Notes: generated from the sequence alone by a model not told the origin. Numbered from the stretch's first letter, positions 1 to 21,674 are shown. The stretch is DNA of 64,000 nt from the human T2T-CHM13v2.0 reference genome, Homo sapiens (GCF_009914755.1 NC_060933.1), one strand, 5' to 3'. Translations and numbers: made by a program.

Positions 1-1005
<1,005 letters not shown>

Positions 1006-1523
1006 TTTTTTTTTTCTTTTTTTAATGTTGCTTTGACAGAAAACACTTGTTATCTTTAAACCTAGAAGAGATCATTGGATCAATAAAACATTTTAGAAAG
1101 CTAATGGAAAAGTGAACCAAAAACCTGAAAAAAAAAAAATCACAGTAAAATAAAGACAAATGACCAAGAGAAAAAAATGAAAATGTCAAAGGCATTCAAA
1201 CCAGAGTGACTCCATCTTGAATAGGGGCTGGGTAAAATAAGGTTGAGACCTCCTGGACTGCATTCCCAGGAGGTTAGTTAGCTGGCACAAGGTCATAAAG
1301 CGCTTGCTGATAAAACAGGTTGTGGTAAAGAAGCCGGCCAAAACCCACCAAAACAAAGATGGCAACGAAAATGACCTCTGGTTGTCCTCACCGCTCATTA
1401 TACACTAATTATAATGCATTAGCAAACTAAGAGAGATTCCCACCAATGCCATGACAGTTTACAGATGCCAAGGCGACATCAGGAAGTTACCCTATATGGT
1501 CTAAAAGGGGGAGGAACACTCAG

Positions 1524-1553
1524 TTCCGTGAATTGCCTGCCCCTTTCTTGGAA
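1524..1553. promoter_or_regulatory. Tandem GAS (STAT) motifs in MER41
   Basis: TTCCGTGAA at 1524-1532 and TTCTTGGAA at 1545-1553 both fit TTCNNNGAA; function not shown. Confidence 0.6.
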
Positions 1554-1679
1554 AACTCATGAATAATCCACCCCTTATTTAGCATATAATCAAGAAATAA
1601 CTATAAGTATACACAGTTGAGCAGCCCATGCTGCTGCTCTGCCAATGGAATAGCCATCCTTTTATTCCTTTACTTTCTT

Positions 1680-2372
<693 letters not shown>

Positions 2373-2410
2373 TAGATTAGAACCCCTTTCCAGTAACAAA
2401 AGGATGTTTA

Positions 2411-2800
<390 letters not shown>

Positions 2801-2852
2801 TTAGTGCCTAGCACAATGTGACAGATTGCTATTACTATTAACATCATTATTG

Positions 2853-2965
2853 TTTTAAGAGATGGGATCTAGCTATATTGCCCAGGTTAGACTCTGGGCT
2901 CAAGTAGTCCTCCCACCTCAGTCTCCTGAGTAGCTGGGACTACAGGCATGTGCCACAGCACCCAG
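2853..2965 (-). mobile_element. Alu monomer (FLAM/AluJ-like)
   Basis: GAGATGGGATCT...TTGCCCAGG...CTCAAG...GCTGGGACTACAGGCATG. Confidence 0.8.
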
Positions 2966-3128
2966 TTCACACTGCTGTTTATTCCCTCAAAATACATTCT
3001 ATCTTCCGTAGTAACAGAATTTCTGGTGGCATAAGAATGCTCAGATACAGACTGTATTTCCTAAACTACTCTGTAGCAGATATGGTCATATGACTAAGCT
3101 CTCATCAATGGAATGTGCTGGGAGTGAT

Positions 3129-3561
3129 TGTCAGGCCTCTGAGCCCAAGCTAAGCCATCATATCCCCTGTGACCTGCACGTAGACATCCAGATGGCCTGA
3201 AGCAACTGAAGATCCACAAAACAAGTGAAAACAGCCTTAACTGATGACATTCTGCCATTGTGATTTCTTTCTGCCCCAACCTAACTGATCAATGTACTTT
3301 GTAATCTCCCCCACCCTTTAGAAGGTTCTTTGTGATTCTCCCCACCCTTGAGAATGTACTTTGTGAGATCCACCCCCTGCCCACAAAACATTGCTCCTAA
3401 CTCCACCGCCTATCCCAAAACCTGTAAGAACTAATGATAATCCCACCACACTTTGCTGACTCTCTTTTCGGACTCAGCCCGCCTGCACCCAGGTGAAATA
3501 AATAGCCTTGTTGCTCACACAAAGCCTGTTTGGTGGTCTCTTCACACGGACACGTGAGACA
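3129..3561 (+). mobile_element. LTR7B-type (HERV-H) solo LTR, copy 1
   Basis: TGTCAGGCCTCTGAGCCCAAGCTAAGCC start, type II repeats (TACTTTGTAATCTCCCCCACCCTT), ends GAGACA; 5-bp TSD GTGAT/TTGAT. Confidence 0.93.
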
Positions 3562-3681
3562 TTGATGTGTTTCATTTTAGTTTCATTTGTGCTAGTTGGG
3601 GTCCCAGCAGGAAAGGGATGGTACCCTCAAACTGAGTAATTTGAGGAGAGTTAAAAAAAAAGGAAAATTTACAAAGGTGTG

Positions 3682-4114
3682 TGTCAGGCCTCTGAGCCCA
3701 AGCTAAGCCATCATATCCCCTGTGAACTGCATGTAGACATCCAGACGGCCTGAAGCAACTGAAGATCCACAAAACAAGTGAAAATAGCCTTAACTGATGA
3801 CATTCCACCATTGTGATTTGTTTCTGCCCCACCCTAACTGATCAATGTACTTTGTAATCTCCCCCACCCTTAAGAAGGTTCTTTGTAATTCTCCCCACCC
3901 TTGAGAATGTACTTTGTGAGATCCAACCCCTGCCCGCAAAACATTGCTCCTAACTCCACCGCCTATCCCAAAACCTGTAAGAACTAATGATAATCCCACC
4001 ACCTTTGCTGACTCCTTTTTTTGGACTCAGACCGCCTGTACCCAGGTGAAATAAACAGCCTTGTTGCTCACACAAAGCCCGTTCGGTGGTCTCTTCACAC
4101 GGACGCATGAGACA
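3682..4114 (+). mobile_element. LTR7B-type (HERV-H) solo LTR, copy 2
   Basis: Same 433-bp LTR as copy 1; perfect 5-bp TSD GTGTG (3677-3681 / 4115-4119). Confidence 0.93.
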
Positions 4115-4146
4115 GTGTGGACAGTATATAATAAATAATTTGTTGG

Positions 4147-4865
<719 letters not shown>

Positions 4866-5440
4866 TCCTTTCTCAAAACAAACAAAAAGAATTTGCTGGC
4901 CTCGGCTCCTGGTTCCTGGGAGGTAATCTTCAAATCCCTGGAACTTCCTGAGTAAAAAAAGTATCTTTGATATTCATGATGGCTCCCATGGGCCACACGT
5001 GATGGTTTAGGTGACTAATGCTTCCTAGGAAGTTTATGCTAATCAGAAGACAAGGTAGGGTCAGGGTGGAGACTGACAATGCCAGAAAGTCCAACCGTTT
5101 GATAAGACGGCTGGGGCTTTGAGTCACCTGATATCAGCCCTACCTCTGGGGACAGCTAGGGGAGTAAAGGTTGAGTTCAACCTCATGGCCATGATTTAAT
5201 CAGCCTATGAAATAAAGCCCCAATAGAAAGTCTGGACACTGTCATTTAAGTGAGCTTCCCTGGTTGTCCATACTATGCATATTGATGTGCTGGGAGGGTA
5301 ACGGCTCCCCGAGGATGATGGAAGCTTGATGTTTGGGACCCTTCCAGACCTTGCCCTATGCATCTTTTTCTTTGGCTGATTCTGGTTTGTATCTTCTTGC
5401 TAATCATATGTATCATGCTATCCTGAATTCTATGAGTTAT

Positions 5441-6475
<1,035 letters not shown>

Positions 6476-6822
6476 TTATTCTAGAATGTTTGAACCTGAG
6501 GGAGTAGTGAGGATCCCTGGATTTGTAGTCAGCTGGTTAGAAGTGGGGGTAGTCTAGGAAACCCCAAACTTGCAGCTGATGTCTGAGTCTTCTAGAGGAC
6601 TGTGCTCTTTCCCTTGCGAAATTTGGCCAGACTATGAGCCGCTGGTGTCAGAAGTCACTGCAGGCAGAGGGTTTAGGAAAAGTAACAGGAGGTGATGCAG
6701 TACCCCCGGGTGAGCATCAACGGGGAGCTCTTACCTTCTCCAGGCCTTAGAGACTGGAGAAAGGAGCAAATAGAAGCTCAGAGAGGATGACATGGAGCAG
6801 ACCATCCGACAGGAGCTGTGGC

Positions 6823-6828
6823 TTTTTC

Positions 6829-6862
<34 letters not shown>

Positions 6863-7142
6863 GAGACAGTTTCGCTTTTTCACCCAGGCTGGAGTGAAGT
6901 GGTGCGATCTTGGCTCACTGCAACCTCCACCCACCGGGTTCAAGAGATTCTCTTACCTCAGCCTCCTGAGTAGCTGAGACTACAGGTGCCTGCCACCACA
7001 ACTGGCTAATTTTTGTGTTTTTAGTAAAGACAGGGTTTCGCCATGTTGTCCAGGCTGGTCTCGAACTCCTGACCTCAGGTGATTCACCCACCTCGGTCTC
7101 CCAAAGTGTTAGGATTACAGGCGTGAGCCACTGTGTCTGGCC
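6823..7142 (-). mobile_element. Alu (AluS)
   Basis: Full dimer; TSD AGGAGCT(G/A)TGGCTTT. Confidence 0.95.
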
Positions 7143-7941
7143 AGGAGCTATGGCTTTCAGTAAAGGGACACAGGCAACTCCCAGCAAGGAGTGAGCCAGA
7201 GCACTTGGTGCCCTGATCTCTTGACTCCATCCTCTGATCTCTTACTGATGTCTTCCATTGGCTGAACTAAACTGGAAGCCAAAGGACAAGGAAATCTATA
7301 GAGGACAGCTCCAAGGCACAGAGCAGAACAGAGCATGGATCTGGAGAGGCTAATATCCAGTTCACTTGCCCCAAACAAAATCATCTTCTCTCTACCGCCT
7401 TTCCCTCTCCTTTCTTGCAGAATAAAATCAAATGAGGACCTGGAGGGCCTTTGATCACAGAGTTGGAGACAGTCCCCCAGGGGATGGCAGATGAAGATGA
7501 AGGAACTACAGTCCCAGAATGTTTTCAGTGAGAAATGCCTCCTCAGCTTGGGGCTTCTTAGCTTTAGATTCTTATGTGAAAAAGAAAGAAATGTCCAGCT
7601 TGCTTGAGTAACTGTGTTTTCTGATCTTTTTGCTATGGCAGTTTAGCCTGTATCCTAACTGATGTCGTTGGTATGGACATGATAATCCAGGCTGTCTGCT
7701 ACATTGGAGAGAGGGTAAATGGGTACACTATCTCTCAAACACAATCGAACATGATATATCAGGAGCTTTAAAAGTTTAGATCCTGTAGTTCATGATTCTA
7801 TTTCTTGGAGTTTAAGAAAATAGAAATATTGGCACAAGTATATTCAATTACATACCATTGATGTGATTTTCATAAAAAAATCAGGAATAGAAGCAACCTT
7901 AAAATACATACAATAATAAAAGAACAATTAATAGATTATGG

Positions 7942-8164
7942 TCCAGCCTGGCCAACATGGCAAAACCTGTCTCTGCCAAAAAAAAAAAAAATCCAAAAAA
8001 AATTAGCCAGACGTGGTGGCACACATCTGTAATCCCAGCTACTCAAGAGACTAAGGCACGAGAATCACTTGAGCCTGGGAAGCAGAGGTTGCAGTGAGCA
8101 GAGATTGTGCCACTGCACTCCAGCCTAGGTGACAGGGTGAGACTCCGTCTCAAAAAAAAAAAAA
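7942..8164 (+). mobile_element. 5'-truncated Alu (AluS)
   Basis: Begins CCAGCCTGGCCAACATGG; TSD AATAG(A/G)TTATGGT. Confidence 0.92.
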
Positions 8165-8167
8165 TAG

Positions 8168-8850
<683 letters not shown>

Positions 8851-9183
8851 ACAAATGATTTTTATATAGATCTTTAAATATGAGAAGATGCTAATAACAT
8901 AATGTTAAATGAAAAACTGGGATGTAAAAGTATCATCTCAAGTATGTCAATATTCAAAGAAAAAAGACGAATGAAATATGCCAAAATAACAACAGTGATT
9001 GCCTCTGGATTGTGGGCAATATCTTTCCCCTTATTTCTACTTTTGTTTTCTTCCCAATGTTCCTACAATAACTATATATTATTTTTAAAAATAAGACAAA
9101 ATGTCCCGTTAAAAAGTATCTTTGAAGAAATAAGTATCCATGAACCAAGAAAAATCTGTCCAGTAGAATTTCATCAATGTCCA

Positions 9184-9862
<679 letters not shown>

Positions 9863-12179
9863 CCATGTGATTCTGTCTCACTTGCCTTTCCTAGTGCCTG
9901 AATTTGGTTCTGATTTCCTATCTCTGAGACCTGCCCCATCTTCACTGTCTTCTAGTGGTACTATAGGTTGTTAACCTTGAATTTTCTTCTCAACTTCACT
10001 CATGATTTGAAGGATGTTCTAGTGCTCATCCATTGCTTCTCTGATATGGACTCCCACGGTTACCCGGGTGCTGACCTTGTTAGAGCCTACCTCCTAACAA
10101 CTCCCAACATATCCCTTTCAGAATTATTTACTGCCAAATCCTTTTCATCCCTCAGAAGTCTGGGTTCTCTTTATTTACAAGGTGTATCTCTACCTACTAT
10201 GGGAAGTTTGATCCATGTCAACAACGGTGGCAGGGTGGGAAGTGGCAGGCTCTGTAGGGAAATGCAGACCAATTTTCAGCACCAAGGAGAGTTCTGAGGA
10301 AGCTGTCTCTGGGATGATCTCCTCATGACAGAATCCTTTTACCCTGGGGAGCTCATAAATACCCTGTAGGTCACATCCACAGGGAAGAATTGTGTACTAT
10401 ATCCCTAGGGTATCAAATGATTTCATCTTCCTATGTTAACTATAAGTGACTGCTAGTGGCTTCCCAAAGAGCTCTCTTGGGGAGAAAAATGAAATCTTGT
10501 GTATGTTTAACAGGAAATTATTCCAAGATTGATTAACGACTAATTAATTAATTTCCATAGGTGGAAAATGAGTGAGCCATGAAATGGTTGCTAGGCATTT
10601 GCCAATGCTAGTCTAACCCTTAGAATATCATGATTCTTAGCTGAATAATTCAATCCTATCCTTCAACAATCCTAACTAATTCTTCATATTTGTTATTTGG
10701 CAAATATCTTGCTGCAGGCTTGAACTTGTGCTTCACTTATTGACAGTTTTCTCTATTATCTTCCAGTAGATGACTGAGCGTCTGCCTTGCTTTTTCTGTT
10801 CAATATTTTGGCTCCCTGAACCCTAATCCACCAAGCTGAGACCTTGGACTTCCATTTTGGCTTTGATATCCTCCCAGGTGTCTGCCATTATCTATGACAG
10901 TCTGTGTCCTAAGAGTGGTCTTATTTCAATCTAGATGGACTTTTCTCCCAGTCAGAACTGCAACACCTCTTTGCATGCCTCTGTTTATGTTAATCAAGGG
11001 ATCAACCCTAGGAATATCAATTCCATCCCAGGCCAGGAGCAAGCACCTAGGCACCTTTAGGCTCTTTGATTTGATCTCTTTTCCTCCTGCTTTACTTTTC
11101 CATTTGTCTTTCCAGTCCTGACCATGCTGAATGCCAGCATCCTCCTGCATCTTCTCTGTTTTCCTTGAATACTGAGGAGCTCCAGTTTAGAAGAGGCTAC
11201 ATTCAGAGCATGCTCCAACCCCTGACCACCATCTCACCTATCTCCTATCTGGACTCCTGGCAGGATGCTCAGACTGCAAACACAAATATAGACCTCTGTG
11301 CCTGGCACAACAAGACATTGATCTCATGAGTCTCAACACCATTTCTTGTTCCCTCTGGGTATCTATGCTCAGGACTCCCCCACAGCCTTCTGAGTTCCAT
11401 TCGCTGAGAGACTCTCAAGGGTCAAAGACCAGGGATGCTTCCCTATAGAAAGGAGGAACAGAGCATGCTGAAATGGGTCTCTGGGATCTCCTGCCCATCT
11501 TGGAATCATATTCCCTTCATATATAATCAGACACTCTGACATTATCTTAGTTTATAACTATTATAACAGGCAGGCTGGGATGTTGGTCAGAATGGAGAGA
11601 CTTGGGCCCTGTGGGAATCTGGGTACAATGATCAGCAGGATCTTGAGGGAGCATCTGAGCACAGAGCTGGGCTGTCGCCCGTAGGTTCAACTTCCACAGT
11701 CTTTTGCTCTTTATCTTTTTTCTGTCTCTCTCAGAACTCCAGGCTTCGTGTCTTCCCTTTCTCCTTTTCTTACTCCTCCCTCTGTTCCCTCTGCTTTTCT
11801 TCCTTGAAAATAACTTTTAATTAATCTTGTTTTTATTTTAAAGTGATCTTTTTATTTGGAAAATACAGTAAAACACCAATAACTGAAAATTCCGTCATTC
11901 AGAGGCATCCACTATTACCACCTGCCATATTCTTCCAGTCTCTTTCCTTTTTTTCTTTTTTTTAACAGAATGATTTCAAATTTGTTTATTAATACAACAA
12001 TAAACGATCCCATCTTGGTTGTCAAATATTTCAACGATAGAAATACAGACAGTAAAATTGAAGTGTTCCCTTTATACTCCTCCAACTTCAACTCCTTCTT
12101 AGAGGTAACCACTGCAATCTTTTGGGTTGTATATATTCTGGGTACTTAAGTTTTACATGTTTATGTATTAGTTGGAAAT

Positions 12180-12968
12180 TATGTTTAGCCTCTTGAAAGA
12201 GACTGATGGAAGTAGAAACAGAAGCAGAAAAGCGTATTGTCTTCTCCTGGAAAAGCATTCTGAAGGTAGGTACCACAGCAGCTTCATGGTTGTAAGGGAC
12301 CTGGACTCCTCTGAACTTTCTGCTCTTCTGTTCTTGGCTTTGGCTTCTATGACCCCATGGTCCAGAAGGTTTGTGGGGGTTCCAGCCACCATGTCCTTAT
12401 TCAAGACAGAAGGAAGGGCCAGGTGTGGTGCCTCCTGCCTGTAATCCCAGCACTTTGGAAGGCTGAGACAAGAGGATTGCTTGAGCCCAGGAGTTCAAGA
12501 CCAGTTCAAGACAAACATAGAGAGAACCCATTTCTACCCCCACCAAAAAAAAATTAGCTGGGCATGGTGGTGTGCACCTGTAGTCCTATCTACTTGGGAG
12601 GCTGAAGCAGGAGGATTGCTTGAGCCCAGGAATTCAAGGCTGCAATGAGCCATGATTATACCACTGCCCTCCAGGTTGGGCAACAGAGTGAGACCCTATC
12701 TCAAGGAAAAAAAGAAAGGAGGGAGAAGGAAAAATGGAATGACAAAGAGAGAGTGCCTTGGCTGTCAGTTTTCCTTTTAAAGAGCCTTCCCAGAAGACTG
12801 TCCTAATAACTTCTGTTTATATATTATTGGACAGAACTTAGTCATACAACTATCCCTACCTACAAGGGAGGCTGGGATCTGTGGTCATTTAGCTAGTTAT
12901 GTTGTACTTCTATTACTAAGGAAGAAAGGAAAATGACACTAGCTAAATAATTACATCTTTCTGTCACA
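12180..12968 (-). mobile_element. Old MaLR LTR (MLT1K/L-like), split by an AluJ
   Basis: CCTTCCCAGAAG...ATTGGACAGAACTTAGTCAT...CAAGGGAGGCTGGGA...CTGTCACA. Confidence 0.65.
12417..12713 (+). mobile_element. Alu (AluJ)
   Basis: GAGGATTGCTTGAGCCCAGGA in both arms. Confidence 0.92.
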
Positions 12969-13575
12969 ATGTATATTTTTTATTTTTACATAAATGTGAT
13001 TATATCATATTTATAGATTTTCAACTTCATTTTTTCGCCTTCAGTTTACCTTGAGAATTTTTTCAATATCACAATATATAGTTCTCTCCTAGTCTTTTAA
13101 ACTGACATCTGGCATTTCATCAGTTTATATTACGATTTATTTAACTACTCCTCCACTGATAAAAATTTAAGTGCAGACTCCTTGTGCAATGATTCTGCAG
13201 AATAGATTCTTGAAAAAAGTTTGCTCAAAGAGTATGTACATTTAAATTTTGGATAGATACTGCCAAATTTTCATCCAAAAATTCTTTATAAATTTACAGA
13301 TCTGCCAACCATATACAAAAGGACTTGTTTTTTTCACATTATCTCCATCACTGGATATTACTATTTTATAGTTTATTAATTTGGAGGTAAAATGTCATTG
13401 AATATTATATTAATTTCTAATTTCTATAATTATTTAAAGTTTAGGCGAATTTTACATTTATTCATAATTATTTGTATTTCTTCTTTTTGAATTTACTGTT
13501 CAGTTTTTTTGCGCATTTCTTGTTGAGTTGTTTCCTACAGATTTGTAGTAGTTCTTCATGTATACTGAGTATTGA

Positions 13576-13873
<298 letters not shown>

Positions 13874-14305
13874 GAGTATTGATCTTTTATCTGTTATATA
13901 CATTACAAATATTTCTCTCATTCTGTTGGTTTTCTCTTAATATTATTTATGTGATATTTCATTATACAGAAATTTTATATGTATTGTCATATCTGTCCAT
14001 CTTTTTCACATAAGCTTGTCTTTTTAATGGAGACTTTCCTGCCATGAAATATTCTTCACGGAAGTTTTTCTGCCAAGAGATTTTAAAAATATTCTTCTAC
14101 TTTTTCTTCTTAAATTTTTATATTTATTTTTAAAATTCCATATGTTTCATTGGTCCATTCATATCTTCTCTCATCAATACCATAGAGTGTTAATAACTGT
14201 AATGTTGTACTTTGGTATCTTGTAGTGAAAGTCTTCATTATTGTTCTCTTTTTAAAGTTTCTTGGCTATTCTTATACATTTCCTCTTGCAAAAACTTTAG
14301 AATCA

Positions 14306-15383
<1,078 letters not shown>

Positions 15384-15490
15384 CTAAACTGATTTGATAT
15401 TTAACACTACTACCAACAATATATGAGAATTTCAGTTGCTCTGCATGTTTTCCTCTGCAAGTTTTATAGTTTTAACTTTCATGTTTAGGG

Positions 15491-15655
15491 TTTTTTGTTT
15501 TTGTTTTAGAGATGGGATCTTGCTCTGTTGCCCAGGCTGGAGTGCAGTGACACCACTATAGCTCACTGCAGTCTCCAGTGCCTGGGTTCAAGCAATCTTC
15601 CCATTTCAGCCTTCTGAGTAGCTGGGATTGCAGGTATGAGCCACTGTACCCAGCT
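15491..15655 (-). mobile_element. Alu monomer (FRAM/AluJ-like)
   Basis: GAGATGGGATCTTGCTCTGTTGCCCAGGCTGGAGTGCAGTG, single arm only. Confidence 0.85.
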
Positions 15656-16744
15656 ATGCTTAGGTTTTAAAACATATATATTTCAGGTCAATTTTTGTGT
15701 ATGATGTGAAATGGGTAAAGGTTTATTTTTCCATATGGATATCCAGTTGTCCCAGTTCCATCTGTTGACAAGACTTACCTTTCCCCATTGGATTACTTTG
15801 GTGCTCTTATTTAAAATTAAGTATTAGAGCTCTCTATTTTGTTCCATTGATACATTGTTGCCCTTATAGTCCTTATAAATGTTATAGAGTCCTTGTAGCA
15901 GTACCATAATCTTAATTACTTGAGGTTAGGTAGGAAAGCCTTCCAAATTTATCTTCTGGACTGCTTTGCCTATTCTAAGTCATTTGCATTTCCAAATAAC
16001 TTTTGAATTAGTTGACATATTGCTACCAAATAATCTTTGTGGGATTATAACTGAGATTAAGTTAAATTTATAGATCAGTTTGGGGAGAATTGATATGTTA
16101 ATATTTTTGTGTCTTTCAATTCATGAACATCTTATATATTTCCATTTATTTAGGTCTTCTTCAATTTCATTCAGAAATGTATTATACTTTTCAGTATAGA
16201 TATCTCACGTAATTTTTGTTAAATTTATTCTTATGATTATATGTATTTTAATCCTTTTGTAAGTCAACTTGTTTTTTAGACTTTATTTTCCAATTGTTTC
16301 ATACAGTATATAAATATCTAATTAATTTTTGTATATTACCCTTCTGTATGTGACCTCACTAAATTCAGGTGTTAGTTCTAGTAGTTGTTTTATAGCTTCC
16401 CTGAGATTTTCTGCCTAAACAATTATGTTATGCCATCTGCAAATAGAGAAGATTGTATTTCTTTTTATTGCCTTATTGCAATGCTTAGGATCTTTGGGAC
16501 CCTATTGATTAGAATTGGGTGAGTGTGCGCTTATCTTGGTCAGTTTGGACTAAATATCAAATATACCATAGACTGGGTGGCTCAAATAACAAGCATTTAT
16601 TTCTCACAATTCTGAAGGCAGGTAAGCCCAAGATCAGGTGCCAGCAGATCCAGTGTGTGGTGAGGGACCCACATCCTCCCCCTCCTCCTCCTCCTCCTCT
16701 TCTTCTTCATCTTCTTCTTCCTCCTTCTCCTCTTCTTTCTCTTC

Positions 16745-17067
<323 letters not shown>

Positions 17068-17068
17068 C

Positions 17069-17437
<369 letters not shown>

Positions 17438-17717
17438 TAAAAACGCACTAATCTCATTCATGAGGGCTCTACCCTTATGATCTATTTACCTCCTGAAGGC
17501 CCCATCTCTAAATACCATCGTACTGGGCATTAGTCTTCAACATAGAATGTTGAGGATTCACATTCAGTTCATAGCCGCATCCTTGCCTTGTTTCTGACGT
17601 TAGGGGGAAAGTGTTTAATTTTCCTCACTAAGTATTATGTTAGCTCCATGATTTTCTCAGATGCCCTTTATAAGATTAAGAAAGTTTACTTCTATTCCTA
17701 GTTTGCAGGGTGCTCCT

Positions 17718-17862
17718 TTATTTTGATTTTTTTTTTTTTTTTAATTGAGACAGGGTCTCGCCATTTTGCCCAGGCTGGTCTTGAACTCTTGGCCTCAAGC
17801 AATCCTTCCGCCTCAGCCACCCAAAGTGCTGGGATTACAGGCATGAGCCACTATGCCTGGCT
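17718..17862 (-). mobile_element. Alu left monomer (FLAM-like)
   Basis: Single arm with a poly-T tail. Confidence 0.85.
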
Positions 17863-18622
17863 TGAGTGTTCTTTTTAAAAATCCTGAATGGGTGCTGGAT
17901 TTTGTCAAATGCTTTTTCTGCATCTACTGAAAGTGATCATATGGGTTTTTTTTTTTCCTTTCTAGTCTGTTAATCAGTGAATTACATTGACTGATTTTTG
18001 AATGCTAAACCAACCTTGTATTCTTGAGATAAATCACAATTGGTCATGATGCATTACTCTTTTTAAATATGTCATTGAATTTTATTTGCTAATGTTTCGT
18101 TATTTTTTTGGTCTATGTTCATGGGAGATGTGGCTCTGTAATTTTCTCTTTTTTTCCATAATGGGTTTGTCAGGTTTTGGTAATTGGATTGTGATGGGCT
18201 CATAAAATAATTTGGAAAGTTTTCTTACCCCCTTTGTTTTCTGTAAGAGTTGCATGAGGTTGCTCTTCTTTCTTTCTTAAAGAAAGCTAGGACTCGCTCA
18301 TGAAATTATTTGGGCCTGGAACTTTCCTTGTGGAAAGGTTTTCAATAACAAATTCAATTTCTTTAATATTTATGGATATTTATATTTTCTATCTCACCGG
18401 GTCATTTTTGATTATTAGTCTTTCAAGGAATTCATACATTTTATTTAAATTGTTGAATTTATTGACAAAGTTATTCATAATATTATCACTTTATTTTTCA
18501 ATGTTTGTGACATTTGTAATGCTAACTCCTCTTTCATTCCTGATATTTGATAATTTGTGGGGTTTTTCTTCTTTTTTCTTGATATCTGAGTAGGGGTTTA
18601 TCAATTTTTAAAAATCTTTTAA

Positions 18623-18912
18623 GGCCAGCACGATGGCTCACACCCGTAATTCCAGCACTGCAGGAAGCCAATCAAGGGGGATAGTTTGAGCCCAGGAGTT
18701 TGAGACCAGCCTGCACAACATAAGGAGATCCCATTGCTACGAAAATTTAAAAATTAGTCAGGTGTGGTGATGTGGACTTATAGTCCTAGCTACTCAGGAG
18801 GCTGAGGCAGGAGGGTTACTTGAGCCCAGGAATTTGAGGCTGCAGTTTGTTATGATTGCACCATTGCACTCCAGCCCAAATGACAGCAAGACACTATCTC
18901 TAAAACATAAAA
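18623..18912 (+). mobile_element. Alu (AluJ)
   Basis: Diverged dimer; AAAATC(T/G)TTTAA on both flanks. Confidence 0.9.
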
Positions 18913-19030
18913 TCGTTTAAAAGATTTAACTCTTCACTTTGTTAATTTTCTCTGTTGTTTGTCTGTTTTCTGTAGCATTGATTTCTACTTTTAGTTTTAT
19001 TATTTTCTTCCTCTAATTTGGTTTACTTTT

Positions 19031-19351
<321 letters not shown>

Positions 19352-19576
19352 TAAGTAATTAATTTTAAATCTTTCTTTTTTTCTAATACAAACATTTAAA
19401 CTTTCTTCTTTTCTAATATAAGTATTTAAACTATAATTTTCCCCCAATGACTGCTTTAGCTGCATCTCACAGATCTTTATATGTTACATTTTTATTATCA
19501 TTCAATACAAAATATTACATAATTTATTTTGGGTTTTATTATTTGACTCGTGGACTATTTAGAAGTATACTGTTTG

Positions 19577-19907
<331 letters not shown>

Positions 19908-20763
19908 AAGTACATTATTTAATTGCTGGATATCTTATTTTTATTGATTCTCAATAAAATTTCTATTGTGGTCAGAAAACATATTCTGTGTAACTTCACT
20001 TCTTTAAAATGCATTGAGTCTTGCTTCACGGTCTAGCATATGATATGTACTAGTGAATATGCTATGGCCGTTTGAAAAGTTCTATGTCTATTCTGCAATT
20101 GTTAGATATAGTGCATATATACTGCATTTTTATTGGTTTATTTTTGGTCTAATTGTTCTATTAAGTGCTGAAAGAGGGGTGTAAAAATCTTCAACTATGA
20201 TTATGAAATTGTCTCCTTTTTCCTTTAATTTTATGAATTTTTGCTTGATGTACTTCAGACCTCTATTCTTAGGAACATACACATTTATGATTTTTACCCC
20301 CCTATAATAATGAAATGCTTCCTTTATCTCTGGAAATATTCTTTTTCTTGAAGTCTATTTGATATTAATATAACCACACCAGCTTTCTTATACTTACTTT
20401 TCACAACGTATAACTTTTTTTTTTTTGTATTTACTTTCAACCTATATTTAAAGTGGGTCTTTTGCAGATGGCATATTATGGGTTTTGTTTTTTATTCATT
20501 AGGGCAATATGACTTTTAATTATAGTGTTTAGTGCATTCACATTAATGTAAATATTGATATAGTTAGACTTGGGGATAGCATTTTATGCCTTGATTTTTT
20601 TTTCTTTTTGAGGAGTTTCCTTTAACATTTCATGCAGTACATAACCTATTTGTGATATTTTCTCCCCTTTGAAAAAAATATGAACACACCTTTATTTTGC
20701 CTTTATTATCAAAGGATATTTTCACTACATATAATATCCTAGGTTGCTAGGATTTTTTAAAGC

Positions 20764-21076
20764 TTTTTTTGTTTGTTTGTTTGTTTGTTTTTTGAGACAG
20801 AGTCTCCCTCTCTCACCCAGGCTGGAGTGAAGTGGTGTGATCTCGGCTCACTGAAACCTCTGCCTCCCAGGTTCAAGTGATTCTTCTGCCTCAGCCTCCC
20901 AAGTAGCTGGGATTACAGGTGCCCGCTGCCAAGCCCAGCTAATTTTTGTATTTCGAGTAGAGACTGGGTTTCACCATGTTGGCCAGGCTGGTCTCGAACT
21001 CCTAGCCTCAAGTGAACCGCCCACCTCAGCCCCCCAAAGTGTTTGGATTACAGGTGTGAGCCACTGTGCCCAGCCT
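20764..21076 (-). mobile_element. Alu (AluS)
   Basis: Dimer; TSD TAAAGC(T/A)TTTTT. Confidence 0.94.
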
Positions 21077-21146
21077 AAAGCATTTTTTCTTTAAGCAAAT
21101 TTTTAAAGCATTTTTGACCTCCATAGTCTTTAATAAGAATTCAGTG

Positions 21147-21506
<360 letters not shown>

Positions 21507-21674
21507 TTAGTTTTTCTTGCTCCTTTTAAGATTTTCTCTTTACTTTTGGTTCTCAAGAGGTTGATAATGATGTGCTTGAGAGTAGTTTATTGTATTCATT
21601 TTGCTTGGTATTTACTGAGGTCCTTGAATCTGTAAATTTGTTTTTCAAAAAAATTTGGTACACTTTAAACCATT

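Noticed and set aside
3129-4114. Internally deleted HERV-H provirus or simple tandem duplication
   Set aside because: There is no primer-binding site or internal sequence, each LTR has its own TSD, and the spacer is not duplicated.
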